Shown piece after piece: positions 35,385 through 44,741 of a DNA stretch of 64,000 bases. This stretch comes from an uncultured virus (IMG/VR IMGVR_UViG_2850949226_000002) (lineage: Duplodnaviria; Heunggongvirae; Uroviricota; Caudoviricetes), in the IMG/VR virus record IMGVR_UViG_2850949226_000002; one strand, written 5' to 3'. The notes under the pieces were generated by a model. It had not been told where the DNA came from. It did not search any database and saw only the letters and a program-made list of their open reading frames with translations. Position 1 is the first letter of the stretch. Each line of letters opens with the position of its first letter. The position numbers and the translations under genes are program-made.

Positions 35385-35872
35385 AAGGACGCTACAACTA
35401 CGGAGCAACAACGGGCACTAGCCGCACACTTGGCGTCCTTTTAGTACATATTGCGGCGAAGTCATTAACGAGCACAAAGCGGAATGCGCAAATCACACGG
35501 AATTAGACGTTTTAGCCTTCTCCGAGGGTATTCGGTAGGGTGACGGTTAGAAGCGCTAATTTCGTGTAATTTTATTCGTACCGGGCGCGTACCTCCTTAC
35601 ACGGGTCATTGAAAACCGCGCGAAATAAGAGGAAAGCGTTCGGAGCGCTTAATACTCTGATAAGGCGTGTAACCTGACAAGAGCAACAAAAAAAGGCCTC
35701 GCGGAAGGATTATAACCGGTCTTGCCTTCCGAAAAACCACGTCGCCCAGTCTTGAGGCGGCGGGTGTTAATAACGCAATCAGAACGAGGGCGATCCGAAT
35801 ATGGGTCGCTCTTTTTGTGCTTGCGATAAATAAGCCGGAACGCCTCTCAACGATGCGGACCAAGCCCGGTAT
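35385..35872 (+). ncRNA. Candidate large structured leader RNA or structured ssDNA element
   Basis: No credible ORF; many nested stems; internal terminator-like hairpin at about 35786-35817. Confidence 0.45.
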
Positions 35873-35899
35873 TTAAAAACGAAAAAGGAGACGATGTGA

Positions 35900-36178
35900 A
35901 TGGCGGAATCAAAGCGCGAATCAATCGGCAAAATTAAAATCGACTTGGATGTATCCGACGCGATAACCGGACTCAAGGCGGTTCAACGCGAAGCAAAGGC
36001 GGCGACTAAGGCGCTGGCCGAATTTCAGGACCTAGCTGAACGGCTCGGTGAGAAACCGTTAGCTGACGGTTGGGAGACGACCCGATCATTGCGGTCTATA
36101 TTCGATAGGTTAGACGAAGAGCCTACCGTTTATCTGGTCGGAAAGGAAATTCGAAGGAGGAGCGCTGATGAGCGGTAA
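35900..36178 (+). CDS. Hypothetical protein
   Basis: RBS AAAGGAG. Confidence 0.75.
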   Translation: MAESKRESIGKIKIDLDVSDAITGLKAVQREAKAATKALAEFQDLAERLGEKPLADGWETTRSLRSIFDRLDEEPTVYLVGKEIRRRSADER

Positions 36179-36542
36179 AATAACCGTTAAACTTACCGCC
36201 AGCGACGAATATGACGAACAGCTCGATGAATTGCGCCAAGCCTTTTTCGCTCTGTCCGACGGCCCTGAACAAGAAGAGTGGCGACTCGCTCTCGTTGTAG
36301 GAAGGACCGTTAGCGAAGCCAAAACGATATGGAAACGGGTGAAAACGAACTATCCGAGCTATAAGTACACGCAATTTGTATCGCGTAATCCTTACGTACT
36401 GGACGGCATAAATCCGGAAAACATATCGCTATTTATGCTACCGGGCTACGCGGATAATCCGATTGTAAACGATCCAATGTTTCGATGGATTATCGATAAT
36501 GCAGCCGAAGTTATTTACGTTGAGGAGGGGGCGGATGAGTAA
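36168..36542 (+). CDS. Hypothetical protein
   Basis: RBS AAGGAGG; coupled. Confidence 0.75.
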   Translation: MSGKITVKLTASDEYDEQLDELRQAFFALSDGPEQEEWRLALVVGRTVSEAKTIWKRVKTNYPSYKYTQFVSRNPYVLDGINPENISLFMLPGYADNPIVNDPMFRWIIDNAAEVIYVEEGADE

Positions 36543-37083
36543 CGTTGTAGCGCTGAACAACAGAGACCAACCAGACCGCAAGCCAATGCCGAATGACAAA
36601 GCCGCGCTCTTAGACAATCCGCAAGGGTTCGAGGTATACAGTCGGGAGCTTATGCGCAAGGTATTTCCGCGTTTGATTAACGAAGCTTATGATGTAGTCT
36701 ATGCGGACTACAAACGAAAGCCTGAGATACGCGATGTGGTGGCGTTTTACTTTCTGTTGCAGTCGTATATCGACGGTAACTATACGCGCAGTGACGGAAG
36801 CCTTAACGATAGGTTCGGCGCTTGCTTCTTAAACTACGAAACTATTCAGCAGCACCTTCGCGTCGATCGTAACCGGATTAATCTGCTGGCCGCGATCTTA
36901 GAGACTAACGGGATCATACGGACGACCGGACATTACGAAGGGACAAAGCGTTTCAAGTGGTACTTTCCGTCGTTCTGTCCGCACATAACTGACGATGGAT
37001 ATATCGTTAATGAGTTCGGCGAAACGGTGCGACCGGACTTTAGCGTGTACTTGCCGAAGCGTCGCAGAAAGGAGCGTAATTAG
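36535..37083 (+). CDS. Initiator-like wHTH protein
   Basis: AFYFLL...GACFLNYETIQQHLRVDRNRI..L...LETNGII resembles initiator wHTH domains; iterons downstream. Confidence 0.5.
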   Translation: MSNVVALNNRDQPDRKPMPNDKAALLDNPQGFEVYSRELMRKVFPRLINEAYDVVYADYKRKPEIRDVVAFYFLLQSYIDGNYTRSDGSLNDRFGACFLNYETIQQHLRVDRNRINLLAAILETNGIIRTTGHYEGTKRFKWYFPSFCPHITDDGYIVNEFGETVRPDFSVYLPKRRRKERN

Positions 37084-37473
37084 GTGGCGTTAAAATGGTC
37101 GTATAAAAGGAGAGAAGAGTTCGCTGATTTAAGCGCAAGGAAATGCGCTCACTGCGGAGTAGAAGGACTCGTTAGTAAGCGTGAAGCTAACGGTAACGAA
37201 AGCCTAACGTACAATATCGATCATATTATTCCGCAAGCGAGTGGTGGTACAGATGACATCGACAATCTCCAGCTACTCTGTCGTCCGTGTAACGCTGCTA
37301 AAAGCGCATTGAATACCGAGGAGTTCCCGAGCCATTACGATTGTAAGCACGAAGTGGAGCGCATGAAGATCGAGCTAGAAGAAACAACCGGTTTAGATAA
37401 CGAGTATATAGAACGCATGCTACGCACCTTCAGTATTAAGGATCGGTATCACGTTCTATCCAAGCTGTTATAA
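37084..37473 (+). CDS. HNH endonuclease
   Basis: CAHCG...IDHIIP...GG...DNLQLLCRPCN. Confidence 0.9.
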   Translation: MALKWSYKRREEFADLSARKCAHCGVEGLVSKREANGNESLTYNIDHIIPQASGGTDDIDNLQLLCRPCNAAKSALNTEEFPSHYDCKHEVERMKIELEETTGLDNEYIERMLRTFSIKDRYHVLSKLL

Positions 37474-37489
37474 ACGTTGCTATGACGCA

Positions 37490-37700
37490 TAGTATGCCTA
37501 GGACATACGATCGCTAGTATGCGCAAGACATACGATGGATCATCTGCACAGGGCGGACTGTAAAAAGAGAAAGAAGTAAAAGAGCAATACGTAAAAGAGA
37601 AACAAATAATAGCGATCTATTCGCTGCGCTCATACGATACGCAGATATTGGTAATCTATTAAATACATTATCGCGATAAAGAACTTATATAAAAGATAAA
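37490..37700 (+). other. Origin-like module B (two 22-bp iterons, three A-rich repeats, TATCGCGATAAAG core)
   Basis: TAGTATGC-N4-GACATACGAT at 37490 and 37515; GTAAAA(A)GAG three times in 37560-37600; core at 37669-37681. Confidence 0.65.
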
Positions 37701-37783
37701 GACAAAGTGCAACGGTATTGGTGGGCGCGTCGGATTGGTAAATCACCGTAGAGTGATTGACGCTTTAGTATGAGAAAGGAGGG

Positions 37784-38089
37784 ATGACGTTGGCTAATCC
37801 GATTAATGCTGCGCTTAATGCGGTCGAGTATATACGTAGTAAGTACGGCAGTACGTCCGTATCTACTAAGCCTTATACCGGCTATGTAACGCCTATCACG
37901 TTTACTACAGCGAAGCGAGAGAATTACGTTAAGGTAAAGCTTCCGGGATACAGTACGGAAGAAGAACGGGAGGCAACGAAAAGCGTCATATCCGGACTAA
38001 TGAACGATGGAGCTAACGAGTTTATCTTTGCGGTAAATGACGATGGAGGATTAGAAGTACGCTATAAACGGAAGGAAACGGAGGGATAG
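37784..38089 (+). CDS. Hypothetical protein
   Basis: RBS AAAGGAGG; start may be the TTG two codons downstream. Confidence 0.7.
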   Translation: MTLANPINAALNAVEYIRSKYGSTSVSTKPYTGYVTPITFTTAKRENYVKVKLPGYSTEEEREATKSVISGLMNDGANEFIFAVNDDGGLEVRYKRKETEG

Positions 38090-38091
38090 CG

Positions 38092-38334
38092 TTGGAGGTC
38101 AAACCTAAACCGAACTTACTAACGATAGAACTAACGGATGAACAATCGATACCGCGCGTTGTATATAAGGGCGAAGAGATTACCGGCCGTATTGCGGTAG
38201 ACTTCGAGTGGCGGACTAAAAACGATAAACAGATCGGTGGTACTTATTTCCGTATCAAGCACGCCAATACATGTACTAAGCTTCCGGTAACAGAGACAAA
38301 GGAATTGTGCGTAGGAGAGAAGGCCTGTGAATAG
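38092..38334 (+). CDS. Hypothetical phage protein
   Basis: P.VVYKGEEI...VDFEWRT family pattern. Confidence 0.7.
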   Translation: MEVKPKPNLLTIELTDEQSIPRVVYKGEEITGRIAVDFEWRTKNDKQIGGTYFRIKHANTCTKLPVTETKELCVGEKACE

Positions 38335-38503
38335 AGAACGTAAGCAGCGCTATAGATACCTACGAGAGCAACGAAGAGAACGCGACTATGAGCTTGGACT
38401 TATACAACTGGCTGGCCGTCCGTTCTGTAAGCCATCCATAACGATAGTACCAGGGCGCAATCCGCTAACCCTATCGAGATTCATGGCGGGGGCAAGGCGA
38501 TGA
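38327..38503 (+). CDS. Small basic protein (58 aa, not in ORF track)
   Basis: GTG after AGGAGAG; stop overlaps HNH start. Confidence 0.5.
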   Translation: MNRERKQRYRYLREQRRERDYELGLIQLAGRPFCKPSITIVPGRNPLTLSRFMAGARR

Positions 38504-38838
38504 GTAACTACTACGACAGACATAAGCGTGACCCGGAAGCACGTGCTTTCTATAAGTCTACAGCCTGGGCTAAGTGCCGAGCCTTAGTGCTCAAGCGCGA
38601 CCATCACCTGTGTCAAGACTGTCTCGCAAATAAAACGATCACTAAAGCAGAGACTGTACACCACATAAAGGAGCTGCGAGAATACCCTGAATTAGCTTTA
38701 GATGCATCAAATTTGGTCAGCCTTTGCAATTCCTGCCACAACAAACGCCATCCGGAGAAGGGGCAGAAAAGTGCCAAAACAGAGAAGAAACAGAGAAAAA
38801 TCAGGGTTGTAAAGACAGAGGCTAACCCCGAATTATAG
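38500..38838 (+). CDS. Terminase-associated HNH endonuclease (HK97 gp74-like)
   Basis: FYKSTAW..R..VLKRD..LC..C...VHHI...NLVSLC..CH; directly before terS. Confidence 0.92.
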   Translation: MSNYYDRHKRDPEARAFYKSTAWAKCRALVLKRDHHLCQDCLANKTITKAETVHHIKELREYPELALDASNLVSLCNSCHNKRHPEKGQKSAKTEKKQRKIRVVKTEANPEL

Positions 38839-38932
38839 CCCCCTCCCCTCTGGACTAAAAAACAAAAATACAAGGGACCGGCGGGCCCCCTTCGCTTGTT
38901 GCGCGACCAGAAATTTTACATTAAAGGGGGGT
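38838..38932 (+). other. Probable cos region
   Basis: C-run...GACCGGCGGGCCCCC...G-run between HNH and terS, the usual layout in HK97-like cos phages; cut site not determined. Confidence 0.55.
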
Positions 38933-38957
38933 CTCCCCGAATGAAAGGAGTGTTTTA

Positions 38958-39281
38958 ATGGCGGTACCGACAGCGAAAAAAATCCGGGAATACCTCGGAG
39001 ACAGGTATAAAGAATCGGATGAAGAACTGATCGAACTCTACGTTGACACTCATAAGTTTTACCGCCGACTAAAAAAGGAAGTAGCCGAGAACCCTTTAAT
39101 GATGCGGCATACGAACAAAGCAGGCGCGGAGAACCTTGTCAAAAATCCGTTAGCGATTGAGCTTACGAAGACGGTGACGACGTTAAACAATCTTCTGAAA
39201 TCGCTCGATCTTACGCCGGCTCAAAGAAAAGAATTAAACGCGGGCGGTGAAGAAAATGACGACGGTTTCGATCAGCTCTAA
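38958..39281 (+). CDS. terS: Terminase small subunit (P27 family)
   Basis: HTNKAGAENLVKNP...LDLTPAQR. Confidence 0.9.
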   Translation: MAVPTAKKIREYLGDRYKESDEELIELYVDTHKFYRRLKKEVAENPLMMRHTNKAGAENLVKNPLAIELTKTVTTLNNLLKSLDLTPAQRKELNAGGEENDDGFDQL

Positions 39282-41037
39282 CCCGACAGACATCGAAAAA
39301 TGGTATAAAAACTGGCTAAAAACGCAAAAAGTAGCCGGATTTATACGCGAAAAACCGGCGGAAAAGTTGCTTACAACATGGTATGCGGAAAAAGTAGTCT
39401 CCGGGGAGATAATCGCAAGTAAGAAAAATATTCTCGCTTGTAAACGACATCTTCGCGATTTAAAACGCGCAGGAACAGACGAATTTCCATACGTTTTTAA
39501 CGAAGAAAAAGGGCATCGCCCCATACAGTTTATCGAGAAGTTTTGTAAACCGTCTCAAGGACAATACAACAGTTTGACGCTTCAACCGTGGCAACATTTT
39601 GTGATCGGATCACTGTACGGTTGGGTTCATCGCGATACTGGCCTTCGGAGATTCCGTGAAGGCCTTGTTTTTGTTGCGCGGAAGAACGGAAAAACAACGA
39701 AAATCAGCGGTTTAGCCAATTTTGCGATAACAAAGGACGACGAACCGGGCGCTCGGGCCTACGTCTTAGCAAACTCGAAGCAACAAGCGGGTGTTTTATT
39801 CGAGGAAAGTCGTGCAATGGTTCAGAAGTCACCGGTACTTCGGAAGCGTCTGCGCGAGAATCAAAAAGGCATCTATCATGACGCGTCTATGAGTCAGATC
39901 GAGGCGCGGGCGTCTGATAGCGAAAAGTTAGACGGTTTGAATACGCATCTCGGCATATTCGATGAGATACACGAATTCAAAGATTCAAAATTGATCAGCG
40001 TAATCAAGAACTCAAGGGCAGCTCGACGGCAGCCATTAATTATCTACATCACGACGGCCGGATATCAACTCGACGGGCCTCTCGTCGAATATTACGAAAT
40101 TGCTTCCGATGTTTTGGACGGATCTAACGTTCAGGAGCGGAATTTTTACTTTATGGCCGAATTAGACGACATTTCTGAGGTGGAAAACCCGGAAATGTGG
40201 ATCAAAGCGAACCCTAACATTGGAGTAACGATGGATATTCCGTCAATGATTCAGGACTTCAATGCAGACCGCCACGTACCTCGTGAATACAACGACTGGC
40301 TGGTCAAACGGTTTAATATCTTCGTGGATAACGGAGAGGAAAGCTTCATAGACTTCGAAGTCATCAAGCGCAATAACGGACATGTCGATCCGGAATCGTT
40401 GCGTGGTATGAGATGCATTGGCGGCTTCGACTTATCACAAACGGAAGACTTTACAAGCGCGTGTCTGGAGTTTTTGCTACCGGATAATCGCGTTTTTGTT
40501 ATGTCTCATTCGTGGGTACCGGCGGCAAAAGTACAAAAAGATAACGAAAAAATCGACTACCGTGGGTTTGAAGCCGACGGTTTTTTGACGATTATACCCG
40601 GAAATTACGTTCAGTACGAGTACGTTTACGACTGGTTCGTTGAAATGTCGCGTAAATATCAGATCGATAAGATCACGTTTGACCCAGCGAATGCGATGCG
40701 ATTGGTTCACGATCTTCAAAACTACGGATTTCAAACCGAAGTTGTGCGACAAGGGTACATTACTCTGAGTGACCCGTTAAAGCATATCAAAGAATTATTG
40801 CTTGACGGAAACGTCGTTTACAACGAAAACAAGCTTTTCACATGGTATCTAAACAACGTCAAGCTCGTCGAAGATCGGAACGGTAACTGGTTGCCGACTA
40901 AACAAACGAGGTACCGGAAAATCGATGGCTTTGCGGCTTTTCTGAACGCACATACACAGGTTTATCTCGATATGACGAAGCCGGTTGAGGGCGGAAGCGT
41001 CGGATTTATCTCAATTAGCGATCTATTAAACGGTTAG
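39256..41037 (+). CDS. terL: Terminase large subunit
   Basis: LQPWQ, ARKNGKT, DEIH, ITTAG, FDLS, KIDG motifs. Confidence 0.96.
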   Translation: MTTVSISSNPTDIEKWYKNWLKTQKVAGFIREKPAEKLLTTWYAEKVVSGEIIASKKNILACKRHLRDLKRAGTDEFPYVFNEEKGHRPIQFIEKFCKPSQGQYNSLTLQPWQHFVIGSLYGWVHRDTGLRRFREGLVFVARKNGKTTKISGLANFAITKDDEPGARAYVLANSKQQAGVLFEESRAMVQKSPVLRKRLRENQKGIYHDASMSQIEARASDSEKLDGLNTHLGIFDEIHEFKDSKLISVIKNSRAARRQPLIIYITTAGYQLDGPLVEYYEIASDVLDGSNVQERNFYFMAELDDISEVENPEMWIKANPNIGVTMDIPSMIQDFNADRHVPREYNDWLVKRFNIFVDNGEESFIDFEVIKRNNGHVDPESLRGMRCIGGFDLSQTEDFTSACLEFLLPDNRVFVMSHSWVPAAKVQKDNEKIDYRGFEADGFLTIIPGNYVQYEYVYDWFVEMSRKYQIDKITFDPANAMRLVHDLQNYGFQTEVVRQGYITLSDPLKHIKELLLDGNVVYNENKLFTWYLNNVKLVEDRNGNWLPTKQTRYRKIDGFAAFLNAHTQVYLDMTKPVEGGSVGFISISDLLNG

Positions 41038-41048
41038 GAGGTGAGAAA

Positions 41049-42347
41049 TTGGGCTTTTGGAGCAATGTTCGGAACTTTTTTCGCAAGCCATCCGATGTCA
41101 AGGCAGAAACGAGAAGGGATCTAACACACTGGTATATTCCTCGAGCTACTATTCTAGGAAATTACGGAGAACATGCGCTGGCTGACAACGAAACAGTTTT
41201 CTCGGCTGTGTCGCGATTATCAAACACGATGTCAAGCCTACCGATCAAGGCGTATAAAAATTATCAACCGATTGAGTCTCAGGCTTCCGAGCTTCTGACA
41301 TACGCGCCGAATCATAACATGACATCCGGGCAATTTATCGGCCTTTTGGAGACGCATCGGGCCGTATATGGCAATGCTTACGCAATAAAACGGTACGGAA
41401 TGCGCTATGAAGTCGTCGGATTAGAGGTTTTGGATCCTTCGAGAGTGCAGCCGGTGATTGAAGAGACTACTCGTGAACTTTGGTACGAGATTTTAGGAGA
41501 CAACGGAAATTATTTCGTTCACAACATGGACATGATTCACGTTAAATATACGTCGGTAGACGGGTTGAAAGGAATCTCACCGCTAAAGGTTCTGCGGAAC
41601 GCTCTCGACTTTGATCGCGACGTCCGGCTGTTCAGTCTCGAACAAATGGACGGAGCAAAGATATCGTTCATTCTGGAATTGGCGAATCAGCTCGACGATA
41701 CACGCAAAGAAAAGATGTTAGAGAACTTTAAAAGTTTCTATAAAGACAACGGAGGCCTCTTAATTCAGGAACCGGGGGTAAAAATACGCGAATTAAAGAA
41801 GGAATTCATCGATACAAAGGCGTTTGAGGTCGAAAAAGTGACACGTTCAAGAGTCGCGCAGGCCTTTAATATTCCGTTGTACATGCTTGGCGAGACACAA
41901 GGCAGCGTCTCCAATATGGAGCAGCTTTATATCGATTATGTACAAGGCACGCTAATGCCTATCGCAACTCAATACGAAAAAGAATTTAACCGGAAGCTGC
42001 TGACCGAAAAGGAACGCAAGTCCGGTTATTATTTTAAGTTCAGTATGAACGCGTTACTGCGTGGGGACATGCAGACCCGCGGTAATTTTTATCAACAAGG
42101 TATCCGGAGCGGCTGGTTTAAGCCGAATGAGGTGCGTGCGTGGGAGGATTTGCCGCCAGAAGAGGGCGGAGATACGCTTTATTTAAGCAAAGATTTATTC
42201 CCAATCGACCAGGTTGCGCAACAGAAAATAACATCGGCGGATGTACCGACGCCTCCAACGTTAGAAATTAACGAAGGTGATAACGAAAACTCGAAAGGAG
42301 GTGAGGACGATAAAGAAGTTCTGGGAAATCAAAGCGGCGAAGAATGA
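41049..42347 (+). CDS. HK97-family portal protein
   Basis: YGNAY, G.SP, VAQAFNIP, LLRGD, PNEVRAWEDLPP..GGD motifs. Confidence 0.95.
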   Translation: MGFWSNVRNFFRKPSDVKAETRRDLTHWYIPRATILGNYGEHALADNETVFSAVSRLSNTMSSLPIKAYKNYQPIESQASELLTYAPNHNMTSGQFIGLLETHRAVYGNAYAIKRYGMRYEVVGLEVLDPSRVQPVIEETTRELWYEILGDNGNYFVHNMDMIHVKYTSVDGLKGISPLKVLRNALDFDRDVRLFSLEQMDGAKISFILELANQLDDTRKEKMLENFKSFYKDNGGLLIQEPGVKIRELKKEFIDTKAFEVEKVTRSRVAQAFNIPLYMLGETQGSVSNMEQLYIDYVQGTLMPIATQYEKEFNRKLLTEKERKSGYYFKFSMNALLRGDMQTRGNFYQQGIRSGWFKPNEVRAWEDLPPEEGGDTLYLSKDLFPIDQVAQQKITSADVPTPPTLEINEGDNENSKGGEDDKEVLGNQSGEE

Positions 42348-43047
42348 CGCTAAAACAGGCGAGATTTACATTTACAGTGAAATCAGTTCGGCCCAGTTCT
42401 GGGGTGACGAAGTGACTGCGCAAACTTTCAAGGAGGATTTAGACGGACTTGGCGAAGTTTCTGCGCTAAATATCTATATCAATTCGCCAGGTGGCTCTGT
42501 TTTCGAAGGGAATTCGATCTACAACATCATAAAGCGGCACAAAGCCCATGTTAACGTCTACGTCGACGGGCTGGCTGCCTCTATCGCAAGTGTCATCGCA
42601 ATGTCCGGTGACACTATTTTTATGCCCGCAAACGCGATGATGATGATTCACAACCCAATCATTACCGTCAACGGAAACGCTGAAGAGCTTCGTAAGTGGG
42701 CTGACGACATGGATCGCATTCGCGAAAGTCTTATCGAAGCTTACCTCGAAAAAGCAGGCGGAAAACTCGATCGTGATCGTTTGATCGAACTTATGGACGC
42801 AGAAACGTGGCTGTCGGCGCAAGAATGCCTCGATTTAGGGCTGTGCGATTCTATCGAAGCTCCTAGCACTGCCGTTGCGAAAGTAGACACGCAGTTATTT
42901 GCGAAGTACCGGAACACTCCGGAATCACTTCTTAATCAGACGAAAGAGGACGAAAAGCAGGCGGAAAAAGAGCGCCTGTTCCGTGAGCAGCTTATCGCGG
43001 AAGCACAAACGAATTTACTAAAACTTCAAAACGGGGGAATCATTTAA
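42310..43047 (+). CDS. ClpP-like prohead protease; probable ATA start
   Basis: INSPGG, GLAASIAS, MIHNP, ETWL motifs; SD AAAGGAGGTGA 5 nt before ATA-KKFW. Confidence 0.9.
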   Translation: MKKFWEIKAAKNDAKTGEIYIYSEISSAQFWGDEVTAQTFKEDLDGLGEVSALNIYINSPGGSVFEGNSIYNIIKRHKAHVNVYVDGLAASIASVIAMSGDTIFMPANAMMMIHNPIITVNGNAEELRKWADDMDRIRESLIEAYLEKAGGKLDRDRLIELMDAETWLSAQECLDLGLCDSIEAPSTAVAKVDTQLFAKYRNTPESLLNQTKEDEKQAEKERLFREQLIAEAQTNLLKLQNGGII

Positions 43048-44201
43048 TGGAACTATTTGATCTGAAGGCAAACTTAAACACTGTAGGTACACAATTAGCA
43101 TCGGTTGAAAAAGAAATCATGAACAAAGCAGCCGACCCTAACGCTTCTATCGACGAAGTACGGTCTTTAAAACAAAAAAGAGACGATCTTAAAGAACGCA
43201 TGGATATCCTGCAAAACCAACACGATGCTTTAGAGCAGGAACAAAAAGCTAAAATTCAAGCAAGCCTTGAAAAAGCAAAAGCAGGCGCGTCTGCTGGACT
43301 TAACAGCGAAGATCCAAAAGTTAAGAAAATTTCTGCTAAAGCTGGATTAATCCGTGCAACAATGCGAAAAGAAGTACCGGCTCCTGAGGTACGTGCTGCG
43401 TTAGGAGATAATAACGGAACAGGCGGGGAAAAACTCCTTCCTAAAACAGTTTCGGAAGAACTTATTCACGAACCTTTTGTAAAGAATCCGTTGCGTGAGC
43501 TTTCAACGTATACGAGTGTAACAAATCTCGAAATCCCTAAAGTTGATTTTTCCCTTGACGATGATGACTTCATCCAAGACTTGCAGACTGCTAAAGAACT
43601 TGAAGTAGACGGAGATGTAGTTACTTTCGGACGTCGCAAATTCAAAGTCATGGCAAAAATCTCCGAAACTATTTTGGCAGCCACTGATACTGATCTGGTC
43701 GCTACAGTTGAGCGCGCTTTACAATCCGGCCTAGCTGCAAAAGAGAAAAAAGTTTCTTTCGCAGTAACACCGAAACAGGGAGAAGAGGAAATGTCCTTCT
43801 ACGCTGCCGGAATTAAGCAAGTATCTGCGGAAGATAAATATAAAGCAATCAAAAAAGCTATTGCTGATCTTCCGGAGGACTTCCGTGAAAACGCAAAAGT
43901 AATGATGACATACGCAGACTATCTCGAAATCATTGAAACTTTGGCTAATGGAAGTGCAACTCTTTACGGTGCACAACCGGAACAAATCATCGGTAAACCA
44001 GTTGAATTCTGTGACGCTGCGGTTGATCCTATCGTCGGTGACTTCCGTTACTCTCACTTCAACTATGATCCAGCAATCACTTACGAAAGCGATAAAGACG
44101 TTAAAACTGGCGAAAATGTATTCGTTCTTACTGCGTATTTCGATCACAAAATTAAACTGAAATCTGCATTCCGTATCGCTAAAGTAGACACTACTCCCTG
44201 A
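43047..44201 (+). CDS. HK97-fold major capsid protein
   Basis: Coiled-coil delta domain, GG..LP.TV, ISE..L motifs; position after protease. Confidence 0.93.
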   Translation: MELFDLKANLNTVGTQLASVEKEIMNKAADPNASIDEVRSLKQKRDDLKERMDILQNQHDALEQEQKAKIQASLEKAKAGASAGLNSEDPKVKKISAKAGLIRATMRKEVPAPEVRAALGDNNGTGGEKLLPKTVSEELIHEPFVKNPLRELSTYTSVTNLEIPKVDFSLDDDDFIQDLQTAKELEVDGDVVTFGRRKFKVMAKISETILAATDTDLVATVERALQSGLAAKEKKVSFAVTPKQGEEEMSFYAAGIKQVSAEDKYKAIKKAIADLPEDFRENAKVMMTYADYLEIIETLANGSATLYGAQPEQIIGKPVEFCDAAVDPIVGDFRYSHFNYDPAITYESDKDVKTGENVFVLTAYFDHKIKLKSAFRIAKVDTTP

Positions 44202-44739
44202 AGCACCCCAAGGGCTAAAGGCATCTTCGACTGACTCATCGGTGTCCCTAAGTTGGGATGCCGTAGCCTTTGCTGGGGGAATCAAAGAATACGAAATCTT
44301 TAGGGACGGGGTTTCCGTCGGGACCCGCGTTGGCACGTCGTTTAATGAGAGTGGTTTAAAGCCGGAAACTACGTATAAATACCAAGTTCGGGCGATCTCA
44401 ATGGCGGGAAATCCATCGGAGCTGAGTGACGAGCTTTCCGTTACAACAGAGCCGACGCCTGTTCCTGATCCGGAAAGCATCAGCGTCAGCCCATCGTCTA
44501 AAACATTGAACGTAGGTGAGACGCAGCAAATTACCGCAACAGTATCGCCAAGTGGAGCTGACCAAGGCGTAACATACACGTCGAGCAACACGTCAGTCGC
44601 AACGGTGACGAGCTCTGGAAAGGTAACTGCGGTTGCAGCCGGATCTGCTACGATTACTGTCAAATCGAAAGTTAAGACAACGGTTAAGAATACCGTAACG
44701 ATCACTGTTGTCGAACCAACACCATCTGGCGGTGAGTAA
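44200..44739 (+). CDS. FN3 plus Ig-like extension fused to capsid by +1 frameshift
   Basis: CCC-TGA at 44196-44201; +1 frame reads EAPQGLKASSTDSSVSLSWD...; no independent RBS. Confidence 0.8.
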   Translation, partial: EAPQGLKASSTDSSVSLSWDAVAFAGGIKEYEIFRDGVSVGTRVGTSFNESGLKPETTYKYQVRAISMAGNPSELSDELSVTTEPTPVPDPESISVSPSSKTLNVGETQQITATVSPSGADQGVTYTSSNTSVATVTSSGKVTAVAAGSATITVKSKVKTTVKNTVTITVVEPTPSGGE

Positions 44740-44741
44740 AT

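Noticed and set aside
35598..35672. Hammerhead ribozyme (CTGATAA and CGAAA)
   Set aside because: The core deviates from CUGANGA and I could not assemble the required three stems
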